A stretch of 35,061 nucleotides of DNA from Candidatus Zixiibacteriota bacterium (GCA_012517955.1 JAAYTW010000215.1:1-35061); one strand, 5' to 3'; positions 9,956 through 18,237 are shown, numbered from the stretch's first letter. Numbers and translations are program-made. The notes: generated by a model from the letters alone, not told the origin.

Positions 9956-10720
9956 TTAATAATTATATATCCATATTTCATCTACATAAATATAAGGGGC
10001 TGTATCCTCAGTAAACCACAAACAAAGGCGAATGTTGTTTCCACATACTTGCGGAAATTGATCTAATGAATACATATGATAAAACCAGGTTGAACCATAA
10101 GGTCCGCTCCAATAGAGATCCTGCAAGTTATTATTCACATATATATAGACATCCATATAAGACATACCATATGGCGCCGATTTTCCCCTAATAATAAAGC
10201 CAATATTGTTGGGATCGGCATTAGCAGGAATCGGAAAAGATGAACTCAGCATGTAATCATCTTCAAGCCAATAATCTTCGAAAATGTATTTTTGCCCGTC
10301 GTTTACAACACCGCCATATAATAACCAACGTTGGGTAACATTTCCGGTGTCATGAAATACTGTATGAAATTCTTGGATTGACATATTTAACACTTCGTTA
10401 CTGTTGATATTAATTACAGTATCTTTTTCTATAAACCTCGGTAAATCAGCAATGATGATTTCATACGAACTCAATTCTACTGACGCCGCACCAGCATTGA
10501 TTCCGGAAACCGAATAAATGCCATCTTGATTAGTATAACCTGAATGTATCGTATTCTTAGAATCCGTAATCTCAACAAATAAATTAGAAGCTGGTAGTCC
10601 GCTTTGATTCAGAATAATGCCATCTATCGAATAAGTCGGATCATCCTGCTTGGTACTTTTTTTTGAACAAGCCAGGCTTATTAAGATTAATCCCATAAGA
10701 AAAACCATTATTCTTTTCAT
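9956..10720 (-). CDS. Putative lipoprotein with a carboxypeptidase-regulatory-like beta-sandwich and a C-terminal beta-rich domain
   Basis: Start at ATG 10720 (AGGAG RBS): MKRIMVFLMGLILISLAC, a signal peptide II with lipobox SLAC. YSIDGII...TNQDGIYSVSGI is typical of carboxypeptidase-regulatory-like domains. AT-rich compared with neighbours. Confidence 0.75.
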   Translation of the reverse strand: MKRIMVFLMGLILISLACSKKSTKQDDPTYSIDGIILNQSGLPASNLFVEITDSKNTIHSGYTNQDGIYSVSGINAGAASVELSSYEIIIADLPRFIEKDTVININSNEVLNMSIQEFHTVFHDTGNVTQRWLLYGGVVNDGQKYIFEDYWLEDDYMLSSSFPIPANADPNNIGFIIRGKSAPYGMSYMDVYIYVNNNLQDLYWSGPYGSTWFYHMYSLDQFPQVCGNNIRLCLWFTEDTAPYIYVDEIWIYNY

Positions 10721-10801
10721 CGGATCTCCTTTCTTAATACTTTTTCTCAGCGGGAACCACAGGCTGCTATGCAAGTCTGTGAGAAACATCCTTTCAAGCA
10801 A

Positions 10802-10830
10802 ATAATATAATACATGTCTTTGTTAGGCAA
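10802..10830 (-). promoter_or_regulatory. Sigma-70-type promoter of the lipoprotein gene
   Basis: TTGCCT-N17-TATTAT on the minus strand. Confidence 0.45.
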
Positions 10831-10860
10831 GCAAAATGTACGTGATAATGCAGTCCGACT

Positions 10861-10911
10861 ATCCGGCAGGTCACGCTCCGGCGATTGCCGGGTCTACGAC
10901 CTACCGGAACG
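10861..10911. repeat. 51-bp imperfect-hairpin repeat, copy 2
   Basis: atccggcaggtcacgctccggcgattgccgggtctacgacctaccggaacg; outer stem tccggcaggtc/gacctaccgga, inner stem ccggc/gccgg. Confidence 0.8.
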
Positions 10912-10920
10912 GTGAAATTA

Positions 10921-10941
10921 TCGAAACCACGTGGGTTTCGA
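10921..10941 (-). terminator. Possible guaB terminator hairpin
   Basis: Minus strand TCGAAACC-CACGT-GGTTTCGA, 12 nt after the guaB stop, followed by a weak T-tract (TAATTT). Confidence 0.4.
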
Positions 10942-10953
10942 AATACAATATGG

Positions 10954-12411
10954 TTATCCCCCCACCCGATAGTTTGGCGCTTCTTTGGTGATAATGATGC
11001 TGTGCGGATGGCTTTCTTTCACGCCGGCTTGAGTGACGCGCACGAATTTGGCGGTTTTGTGAAGTGTCTCGATATCTTTGGCGCCGCAGATTCCCATCCC
11101 GGCTTTTACGCCGCCCATCAGTTGAAATACCGATTCAGCCAATGGGCCTTTATATGGCACGCGACCAACCACGCCTTCGGGTACCATCTTGGACGAGTTC
11201 TCCTCCTGGAAATAGCGGTCGGCCGAACCAGCTTTCATGGCCTCGATAGAACCCATACCGCGATAGACTTTGAATGAACGTCCTTCAAACAGGATAGTCT
11301 CCCCTGGCGCCTCTTCGGTACCAGCGAACAACGAACCTATCATGACCGAATTCGCACCCGCCGCCAGCGCTTTCACGATATCGCCGGAATAGTTGATTCC
11401 GCCATCGGCGATAAGCGGGATATCGTATTTGGCGGCCGATTCGCGGCATTGCATGATAGCCGATATTTGTGGCACGCCCGCGCCGGTTACCACCCGAGTT
11501 GTGCAAATCGAGCCGGGACCGATACCAACCTTGACCGCATCCGCGCCCGCTTTGATAAGACTTTCGGCCCCCTCGGAGGTGGCCACGTTACCGCCGATTA
11601 TGGCTAAATCGGAAAACCTTTTCCGCAGACTTTCAATAGCATTCAGCACTCCTTTCGAATGCCCGTGAGATGAATCGACCGCGATAACATCAACGCCGGC
11701 TTGAATCAAGGCCGCCGCCCGTTCCAGCAAATCGCCGGAAACGCCGACGGCCGCGCCGACTCGCAATCTGCCGCGCGAATCTTTGCAGGCATCGGGGTAT
11801 TGGAGTTTCTTGTTGATATCTTTAAATGTAATCATTCCTTTCAGGATTCCCTGCGAATCTACAATCGGCAGCTTCTCGATTCGATGTTTATGAAGGATAT
11901 TTTGGGCCTGCTCGATATCTATGCCTTCGGGAGCGGTGACAAGATTTTCTTTGGTCATGACTTCGGATACCGGCACGTTTGTATCGGGGATAAAACGCAG
12001 GTCGCGGTTGGTCAAGATTCCCACCAATTTGCCGTTTTTCGTAATCGGCACGCCCGAAATCGAATATTTGTTCATCAACGCCAGAGCCTCTGATACTTTT
12101 GCCTGTGGTCCCAATGTGATTGGATCTACTATCATGCCGGACTCGTAGCGCTTGACTTTATCGACCTCTTCGGCCTGCCTGACAATCGACATATTTTTAT
12201 GGATAATACCGATTCCCCCTTCGCGGGCCAGGGCTATGGCCAGTTTGGCTTCGGTAACGGTGTCCATGGCCGATGATAAAAGGGGCATGTTCAGATAGAT
12301 ATCCTTGGCCAATCGGGTGCGCAAGTTTACATCCCTCGGCAATATCTCGGAATATGAGGGCGTTAAGAGAACATCATCGAAAGTTAAAGCCAATTCAAAA
12401 TCCTTAAACAT
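10954..12411 (-). CDS. guaB: IMP dehydrogenase with CBS pair
   Basis: [29 protein letters not shown] (catalytic Cys), YRGMGS, VPEGV. Confidence 0.99.
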   Translation of the reverse strand: MFKDFELALTFDDVLLTPSYSEILPRDVNLRTRLAKDIYLNMPLLSSAMDTVTEAKLAIALAREGGIGIIHKNMSIVRQAEEVDKVKRYESGMIVDPITLGPQAKVSEALALMNKYSISGVPITKNGKLVGILTNRDLRFIPDTNVPVSEVMTKENLVTAPEGIDIEQAQNILHKHRIEKLPIVDSQGILKGMITFKDINKKLQYPDACKDSRGRLRVGAAVGVSGDLLERAAALIQAGVDVIAVDSSHGHSKGVLNAIESLRKRFSDLAIIGGNVATSEGAESLIKAGADAVKVGIGPGSICTTRVVTGAGVPQISAIMQCRESAAKYDIPLIADGGINYSGDIVKALAAGANSVMIGSLFAGTEEAPGETILFEGRSFKVYRGMGSIEAMKAGSADRYFQEENSSKMVPEGVVGRVPYKGPLAESVFQLMGGVKAGMGICGAKDIETLHKTAKFVRVTQAGVKESHPHSIIITKEAPNYRVGG

Positions 12412-12471
12412 ATTTATCTCCTTATATATCGAGAACTCGCGGCTCTGCCCGCGAATCGTCTAATAAACATA

Positions 12472-12493
12472 AGGGCGCAGCAAGCTGCGCCCT
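12472..12493. terminator. GC-rich hairpin: terminator of the zinc-ribbon gene or a REP-like element
   Basis: AGGGCGCAGC-AA-GCTGCGCCCT, perfect 10-bp inverted repeat; followed by TATGTTTATT on the minus strand. Confidence 0.5.
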
Positions 12494-12531
12494 GCAAAAA
12501 AGGTCTTTTATAAAACCGCCCAATTTACGAC

Positions 12532-13245
12532 TCATTCTTCCTCGTTGGTCCAAATCAGAATACGACCGCAACTATCGCAGGTATAGATTTTATCGCCGCG
12601 CCGGATTTCCTGAATCAGTTGAGGAGGAATCTGTTTATAACAGCCGCCGCAAGAACGCTTGCGAATCGGGACCACCGCCATGCTGCCTTTGCCCTTGCGG
12701 ATACGCTCATACATCGATAAAACGCGGCGATCGATATTTTTCACAAGGTTATCGCGTTGTTTTATCTTATTGTTGATTTTCGATTCAAGAGTGCTCATCT
12801 CGGCGTTTAAATTTTCCAGATGAGTTTTCGTCGTTTCGCGGGTTTCATCGAGCTTGGTTTTCAGTTCACTTAGTTTTTCGGTGCATTCATCGATAATTCC
12901 CATCAGCTTGAGAATTTCATCTTCGTTATCGCTGATTCGTTGCTTGCGGGAATCGATTTCGGCGACCAAGGCGTCATATTCTTTATTGGTTTTGATTACC
13001 TTCATCTGTTTTTGATATTTGCTCAACTCTTCTTTATCGGTTTCGATATCTATTTCGATTTCTTTTTGCCGTTTGCGGGCGTCCAGAAGCTTCTGCTCGT
13101 TTTCGGCGATTTCGGTTTCCAGGGCGATTATCTCGTTGTTTATATTGGCAATCATTTCCGGAAGGTAGACCTTTGAACGATCAAGTTCTCCCATGTCTTC
13201 ATCGATTATTTGCAGTTCGAGCAATAAATTTAACACATCTTGCAT
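12532..13245 (-). CDS. C4-type zinc-ribbon coiled-coil protein (DUF164 / CT398 / HP0958-like)
   Basis: Long coiled coil with TNKEYDAL, then YERIR, CGGC...IPPQ...CDSCGRIL. Confidence 0.92.
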   Translation of the reverse strand: MQDVLNLLLELQIIDEDMGELDRSKVYLPEMIANINNEIIALETEIAENEQKLLDARKRQKEIEIDIETDKEELSKYQKQMKVIKTNKEYDALVAEIDSRKQRISDNEDEILKLMGIIDECTEKLSELKTKLDETRETTKTHLENLNAEMSTLESKINNKIKQRDNLVKNIDRRVLSMYERIRKGKGSMAVVPIRKRSCGGCYKQIPPQLIQEIRRGDKIYTCDSCGRILIWTNEEE

Positions 13246-13253
13246 AGTTTATC

Positions 13254-13290
13254 CTCAAAATAAAAAGGCGCGCAAACATCAGCGCACCTT
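13254..13290 (-). terminator. Intrinsic terminator-like hairpin after the tRNA pair, immediately before the zinc-ribbon RBS
   Basis: AAGGTGCGC-TGATGTTT-GCGCGCCTT followed by TTTATTTT and then GAGG. Confidence 0.6.
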
Positions 13291-13382
13291 AAAAAGTGAA
13301 TACATATCGTTATTGGGGATGAATAATCGTCAGGTATTTTTATTAAAATTTTCATCCACCTGGCCTTCTTTTCGTTTTCAAC

Positions 13383-13456
13383 TGGGCAATACTGGACTTG
13401 AACCAGTGACCTTTCGGATGTGAACCGAACGCTCTAACCAGCTGAGCTAATTGCCC
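13383..13456 (-). tRNA. tRNA-Val (CAC)
   Basis: GGGCAATTAGCTCAGCTGGTTAGAGCGTTCGG-TTCACAT-CCGAAAGGTCACTGGTTCAAGTCCAGTATTGCCCA; full cloverleaf, CCA not encoded. Confidence 0.96.
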
Positions 13457-13463
13457 TTCTTAC

Positions 13464-13537
13464 TGGGCCCACCAGGGCTCGAACCTGGGACCCATTGATT
13501 ATGAGTCAATTGCTCTAACCGACTGAGCTATGGGCCC
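13464..13537 (-). tRNA. tRNA with CAT anticodon, most likely tRNA-Ile2 (lysidine-modified, reads AUA)
   Basis: GGGCCCATAGCTCAGTCGGTTAGAGCAATTGA-CTCATAA-TCAATGGGTCCCAGGTTCGAGCCCTGGTGGGCCCA. Paired G1:C72 and no GGG/CCC anticodon stem exclude the initiator; the overall pattern matches Ile2 better than elongator Met. Confidence 0.9.
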
Positions 13538-13552
13538 AAACCACATCGTGAT

Positions 13553-13581
13553 ATTTTATAGAATCTATCGACATAAGTCAA
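13553..13581 (-). promoter_or_regulatory. Sigma-70 promoter of the tRNA pair
   Basis: TTGACT-N17-TAAAAT, 15 nt upstream of tRNA-Ile2, with an AT-rich upstream region. Confidence 0.75.
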
Positions 13582-13940
13582 TAATTTTGTTGAATTTTGA
13601 CGGAAAATGAATAAAATAGGTTTTCGACAAAAAGTTAAAATAGGGCGATAATAATTTAAAATATCTGGTTGTTTTGTGTTAAAGCGCGGTCTTGGACTGG
13701 TTGTCTTTAGCAGAATGCCTTTATGTAACTTAACATTCACCGAATGGATTTCTTCTCGGTCGGAGTTCATTTCGGCTGGTTATCTACGTGTTCCCAAAAC
13801 AACTATCGAAAAGGCGCTGGAAATCACCAACCATCATGCCAACTTCTTCCTTTACCCATACGACGCGGTAGTTTTGCATGGCGAAATCACGATGGGCCTC
13901 GAGATTTATTCATATTCTCGGATAGTGGCAAGAAGCGTTG

Positions 13941-14170
13941 GATTAACCTGCGCACCCGATAATTACGTTCGCTATATCGTCCGCGGCACAGGTATAAATT
14001 GAGGCCTTCATTGTATCGGGCCAGATTGCGGCTACGCCATTTGCCAAGAGTGTATCAGCCGGAACGCATTCAATCAGATTCAATGCCGATGATTTGAGTT
14101 CGAGAATATATTTCCACAAGGTGACAATAACGGAATCAGCCAGACCAGGAAATTGGCGTTGTTGAAATAG
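13941..14170 (+). pseudogene. Decayed remnant of a Por/T9SS type-A-like C-terminal sorting domain
   Basis: Frame from 13959 reads IITFAISSAAQV*IEAFIVSGQIAATPFAKSVSAGTHSIRFNADDLSSRIYFHKVT, then after a frameshift NGISQTRKLALLK* (TAG 14168-14170). In-frame TAA at 13995-13997. Confidence 0.7.
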
Positions 14171-14225
14171 ATAATTGCCAGAATCATAAGGATTCGAGAT
14201 TACTATATTTGGCAAGTCATCTTTT

Positions 14226-14696
14226 CTAAAACATCTCCCCTATCCGGGCGGCCACTTTCTCTAATATCGCTTTATCAGATTGCGAAAACGCGGCTGGGAT
14301 GTCCGAATCGATATCAATCTCCCCGACCGGATTTCCTTTCTTATCGAATATCGGCACCACGATTTCGGATCTGGTGGAAAGCGAACAGGCCAAAAAACGC
14401 GGATCGGCGTTGACGTCATCGACGATGATAGTCTGTTTTTCCCTGAATGCCGCGCCGCATATCCCTTTGTCAAGTTCAATTGTCGTGTGCGGCGAGGGCT
14501 CTCCCCTATATGGCCCCAATTTCAATACTCCGGATTCATATAGATATATTCCGGTCCAAGTAAAATGCTTGAAATTGGCCGCTAAAAGCGCCACTACGCC
14601 ATCGAGCGCGTTCCGCATGTTTCGGGAGGTTTTTAAAAAATCATCGATTAATCCTAAAAGTCGAGATTCACCGATAGTAGGCATGTATTCATCCAT
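14226..14696 (-). CDS. GAF-domain protein, free methionine-R-sulfoxide reductase (fRMsr/MsrC)-like
   Basis: WTGIY, LKLGPYRG, KGICGAA, VDDV..DPRFLACS.STRSEIVVPI, GEIDIDS. Start set at ATG 14696 (AAGGA RBS). Confidence 0.8.
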   Translation of the reverse strand: MDEYMPTIGESRLLGLIDDFLKTSRNMRNALDGVVALLAANFKHFTWTGIYLYESGVLKLGPYRGEPSPHTTIELDKGICGAAFREKQTIIVDDVNADPRFLACSLSTRSEIVVPIFDKKGNPVGEIDIDSDIPAAFSQSDKAILEKVAARIGEMF

Positions 14697-14707
14697 AATA
14701 ATATTCC

Positions 14708-15700
14708 TTAATAAACGGCCTCGCGTAAAGCCATGATATTGGCTTCTGGAGTACCCAATTTTAATGAGCATCCCGGACCAACCAACAATGGATGGTCACC
14801 AGCATCAGCGATAGATTCTTTCACTTGCCGGCGGACATCCTCAGGGGTTCCGGTAAGCAGCGAAGTCAGATGATCGGCGCCGCCCAAAAATACCTGGTTG
14901 AATATCTTATCGGCCTGGGCGAAATCAAGATTCCCTTCCTCGAATTTATTCCAGCTTAATATTTCAACAGGATAATGTTTAAAAAGCGGCAACATATTGT
15001 AGCGCCGGCAGACATGCAAAATATTAAATTTCGCCGGTCGGGCGGCTCGAAGAATCCGAAGGTCATAAGGCTGGCCGAATTCCAGATATTGCTCTTCGGT
15101 GATATTATCGCGGGTAGCCCATTCAGTAGTCGCGAAAAAAATACCGCTGATTCCGATACGAAGCAACTCATCGACATAATCCTCAAGCGTGGCGGTAATC
15201 GCTTCCAAGGCGCTTTCCAAATTTTTCGGGGAATTGAGCAGTTTTTTAAACAGTTCATCGGAGCCGGTAAGATCAGCGGCAATCGATAAAGGCGAAAACA
15301 CGGTTTGGAAAAAATCGATTCTATCGTCAAGCTGACGTGAAATCAAATCGGTTGCTTTTAATTGTTCGCCAAAGGCCGCATCGCCAATATCAAGAGGCTT
15401 TATTGCCAGCCAATCCTGAGCCGATTTTACCGGCGCATATTCGAGAACCGGTTTTTCATCCGGTTTGCCTGAATGCTTGAATTTGGCGCCCCAGCCCTCA
15501 ATATAGTACGAAGATCGAGGATTTATTTTGATGAAATCCCAGCTATATTTGTTTTGGTATTCTAATGTGGCTTTGGCAAGTTTATCGGCGGACCATTCAT
15601 GGTCATAAAAATGCTGCCAACAACTGACAGGCGGCCGGTCGATTTCCCGACCATCCATCAATCTTTCGACTCTTTCTTTCGGTGAGAATTTATCTTCCAC
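14708..15700 (-). CDS. Uroporphyrinogen decarboxylase-like (URO-D/MtaA fold) protein
   Basis: DRPPVSCWQHF, DFIKI, QTVFSPLS, ILHVC, GPGCS; lacks the MRQAGR motif of true HemE. Confidence 0.8.
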   Translation of the reverse strand: MEDKFSPKERVERLMDGREIDRPPVSCWQHFYDHEWSADKLAKATLEYQNKYSWDFIKINPRSSYYIEGWGAKFKHSGKPDEKPVLEYAPVKSAQDWLAIKPLDIGDAAFGEQLKATDLISRQLDDRIDFFQTVFSPLSIAADLTGSDELFKKLLNSPKNLESALEAITATLEDYVDELLRIGISGIFFATTEWATRDNITEEQYLEFGQPYDLRILRAARPAKFNILHVCRRYNMLPLFKHYPVEILSWNKFEEGNLDFAQADKIFNQVFLGGADHLTSLLTGTPEDVRRQVKESIADAGDHPLLVGPGCSLKLGTPEANIMALREAVY

Positions 15701-15746
15701 TCGTTTTCTCCAAAATTAAATGTATAATAACATATACTCCAAGCAG

Positions 15747-15775
15747 ATATTATCCGCGCCAAAGTATAATGTCAA
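15747..15775 (-). promoter_or_regulatory. Sigma-70 promoter for the URO-D-like and GAF genes
   Basis: TTGACA-N17-TAATAT. Confidence 0.65.
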
Positions 15776-15799
15776 TCTAAATTATTGCAGGTTAACGGA

Positions 15800-15817
15800 T
15801 TGTGAAATTAAGCACAA
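15800..15817. promoter_or_regulatory. Possible Rex- or CRP-family operator
   Basis: TTGTGAA-ATTA-AGCACAA: 12/14 to Rex TTGTGAA-N4-TTCACAA and 9/10 to CRP TGTGA-N6-TCACA. Confidence 0.35.
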
Positions 15818-15847
15818 GGTTTCCAATGGGCTGGGTGATATTTAAGG

Positions 15848-17692
15848 CTAATGATTGATATACTTGATTATATTCATCGCGACTTCGAACTTGCCGAACG
15901 ATGGCATCAAGTATAGTCCATTAATATAGCCTTTGGATTTTTCTATCAACTCCAAAGCGATTTCCTGGCCTATCGATGCTGACTTTTCGCCGGCGTTTTT
16001 CATTCTTTCGAGCAGTTTATTAGGTATGGTAATTCCCGGCACCTCATTATGTAAAAATTCGGCGTGCTTAAAACTCATTAATGGCAGGATTCCCAGCACC
16101 ACGGGAAGATTATATTTGGCGATATCATCCACGCTTTGCTTAATTATGTCGATATCGAACAACGGCTGCGTAAAAACATACTGACCGCCGGCCGCGGCTT
16201 TCTGTTGAAGGCGGGATAATTCCAACCGATAATCCGGAGCAGTCGGATTAAAGGCGACGCCGATAGAAAAATTGGTCGGCTTACCAATCGCGTTTCCAAA
16301 AAAGTCGCTTCCCGAATTCAACTTTTGGATAACGTTTACAAGCCCAATCGAATCGACATCGTAAACCGCGGTCGCTTGAGGATAATCGCCCAAGGATGGC
16401 GGATCGCCGGTCAAGGCGAGTATGTCTTTGACTCCCATGGCGTGGGCTCCTAACAAATCGGCCTGAAGCCCCATCAGATTGCGGTCTCTGGTTGTAAAAT
16501 GCAGTATTATATCAATATCGACATATCGTTTAATCAAATAAGCCAGCGCCAGACAAGACATCTTTACGCGGGCCAATGGGGAATCGGCGATATTCACCGC
16601 GTCCGCCCCGATTTCCTTTAATTCGCCGGCCACTTTAATCAACTTTTCTGGATTGGAACCTTTCGGGGGATCCAGTTCAACTGAGACAACAAAATCATGA
16701 GTCAGCTTTTCTAAAAATGGCGAAATGGTCGGGATTTTTTTTTCGTCTTTTACCGCGATTATGTTCATTCGATCCCTCGCGGCATAGCCGCCGATTTTTT
16801 CGGGCATCGGCTTAATATCTTTAAGGGCCTTGCTGATAGCGGCGATATGGTCCGGTGTTGTACCGCAACAGCCTCCGATAATTGTGGCGCCCGCCTCGAC
16901 AAATTTACGGGCATATTCGGCCAGATAATCGGGAGAAGAAAAATATACGAAGCGGCCGTTATATAATCTTGGCAATCCGGCATTCGGCTGAGCCGATACG
17001 TAAGTTGTTCCAAATTCACAAAGTATCTGAATCACCTCAAGCATCATTTGAGGCCCTACTGAACAATTCGCTCCAATCACGTCAACGCCCAAAGGCACCA
17101 AATGGGAGGCCACATCTTCCGGCCTATTACCGAGTAGAGTCATCCCTTCAGCGGTGAATGTCATTTGGGCGACAATAGGTAGATCGCAGGTTTTTTTAAT
17201 GATTCCTACAATCAATTCCATTTCCTCGAGATTGGCTATAGTTTCGACCATGAACAAATCGACGCCCCCCTCAAGGAGCGATTCGACCTGTTCGCGAAAG
17301 ATATCCTTTGCCGCCGCCTTAAGAATTTTGCCGTAGGGTTCAAGTTGTTTACCCAACGGACCAATCGAGCCGGCGATATAAATATCCTTGCCGATAATAT
17401 CTCGGGCTTCGCGGGCGATTCTGGCGGCTTTGATATTTATCTCGCGGACTTTATCCTCAAGCCCATATCCGGAAAGGCGAACCGAATTGGCGCCGAACGT
17501 ATTGGTTTCGATTATTTCCGCCCCCGCTTCAATATACTCGCGATGAATCTGATTAATCAATTCTGGTTTAGATAAATTCAACTCATCAAATGACCTCTCA
17601 TAAGATATGCCTTTTTGATTGAGGTAAGTCCCCATCGCCCCGTCGCAAATAATCACGCCCTGCTTTAATCTCGATAAAAAAGAATATTCCAT
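15848..17692 (-). CDS. Bifunctional homocysteine S-methyltransferase / methylenetetrahydrofolate reductase (YitJ-like)
   Basis: DGAMGT, ETNTFGAN, GANCSVG, PNAGLP, GGCCGTTP (Zn ligands), then MTHFR motifs VELDPPK, HFTTRDRN, ALTGDPP, TQPLFD. Confidence 0.93.
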   Translation of the reverse strand: MEYSFLSRLKQGVIICDGAMGTYLNQKGISYERSFDELNLSKPELINQIHREYIEAGAEIIETNTFGANSVRLSGYGLEDKVREINIKAARIAREARDIIGKDIYIAGSIGPLGKQLEPYGKILKAAAKDIFREQVESLLEGGVDLFMVETIANLEEMELIVGIIKKTCDLPIVAQMTFTAEGMTLLGNRPEDVASHLVPLGVDVIGANCSVGPQMMLEVIQILCEFGTTYVSAQPNAGLPRLYNGRFVYFSSPDYLAEYARKFVEAGATIIGGCCGTTPDHIAAISKALKDIKPMPEKIGGYAARDRMNIIAVKDEKKIPTISPFLEKLTHDFVVSVELDPPKGSNPEKLIKVAGELKEIGADAVNIADSPLARVKMSCLALAYLIKRYVDIDIILHFTTRDRNLMGLQADLLGAHAMGVKDILALTGDPPSLGDYPQATAVYDVDSIGLVNVIQKLNSGSDFFGNAIGKPTNFSIGVAFNPTAPDYRLELSRLQQKAAAGGQYVFTQPLFDIDIIKQSVDDIAKYNLPVVLGILPLMSFKHAEFLHNEVPGITIPNKLLERMKNAGEKSASIGQEIALELIEKSKGYINGLYLMPSFGKFEVAMNIIKYINH

Positions 17693-17757
17693 TAATTCAG
17701 ATATATCAAAAACAAGTTGAACAGGTCAATAGAATTTATAACGACTAATAAACGAGG

Positions 17758-18237
17758 CTATGCGGTTAAAGCCGACCGGATATTATCCAGCACCGATGAT
17801 GGGGTCGCGTTATCGGTCGGGAAACAATTCGAAACGATTTCCACTTTCCAATTCTTCGGGGAGTTGATTATCTCGTGCAGAAAATAACGAATACTCTCCT
17901 GCAAGCGTCTCTCAACGGCAGTCGCCCCTTCGGCGGGGGTATCTACTAATAGGATACATATTTTGCCTTTATTGAAACCGCTGATTATATCGGTTTGGCG
18001 TATAGAAATTCTTATGTGGTGGCGAAGCTTTCGATAAAAATCATTTCCGGAACGGGAATTGTCAAATTCTATATTTTTAAGATGCGATGTGTCAACTATT
18101 AGATATGAAAGAAAATCAAGGTATCTTTGCGCCCGCTTCAATTCCTGGCTGGTTCTCGACATAAAATTTTCAGTCGAATTATACAACCTATCGAGAATTT
18201 CTATTTCTAAATCCATACCTTCAACTTCGCCAAGCAT
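17758..18237 (-). CDS. Stand-alone degenerate GGDEF-like domain protein
   Basis: ELKRAQRY..FLSYLIVD ... IRQTDIISGFNKGKICILLVDTPAEGA..V.RRL follows the GGDEF pattern, with GGDEF replaced by NKGKI. The start may be 18216. Confidence 0.7.
   Translation of the reverse strand: MLGEVEGMDLEIEILDRLYNSTENFMSRTSQELKRAQRYLDFLSYLIVDTSHLKNIEFDNSRSGNDFYRKLRHHIRISIRQTDIISGFNKGKICILLVDTPAEGATAVERRLQESIRYFLHEIINSPKNWKVEIVSNCFPTDNATPSSVLDNIRSALTA

Noticed and set aside
10768-10786. Sigma-54-like CACAGACTTGCAT upstream of the lipoprotein gene
   Set aside because: The invariant GG at -24 is missing.
9878-10911. Reading the 51-bp repeats as a CRISPR array or integron attC sites
   Set aside because: Only two copies about 930 nt apart, no cas or intI gene, and no RYYYAAC...GTTRRRY core arrangement.
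13943-14215. 90-aa minus-strand ORF after the GAF gene
   Set aside because: TTG start, no motifs; the opposite strand is better explained as a decayed T9SS-like C-terminal domain.
13383-14225. tRNA-anchored prophage or genomic island
   Set aside because: No integrase and no duplicated tRNA 3' end seen; the decayed DNA lies on the 5' side of the tRNAs.
14708-15700. Calling this gene hemE
   Set aside because: It lacks the HemE MRQAGR signature and has no tetrapyrrole gene context.
17693-17757. SAM riboswitch or T-box upstream of the YitJ-like gene
   Set aside because: The spacer is only 65 nt and AT-rich, with no matching structure; a TTGACC is present but has no well-spaced -10.
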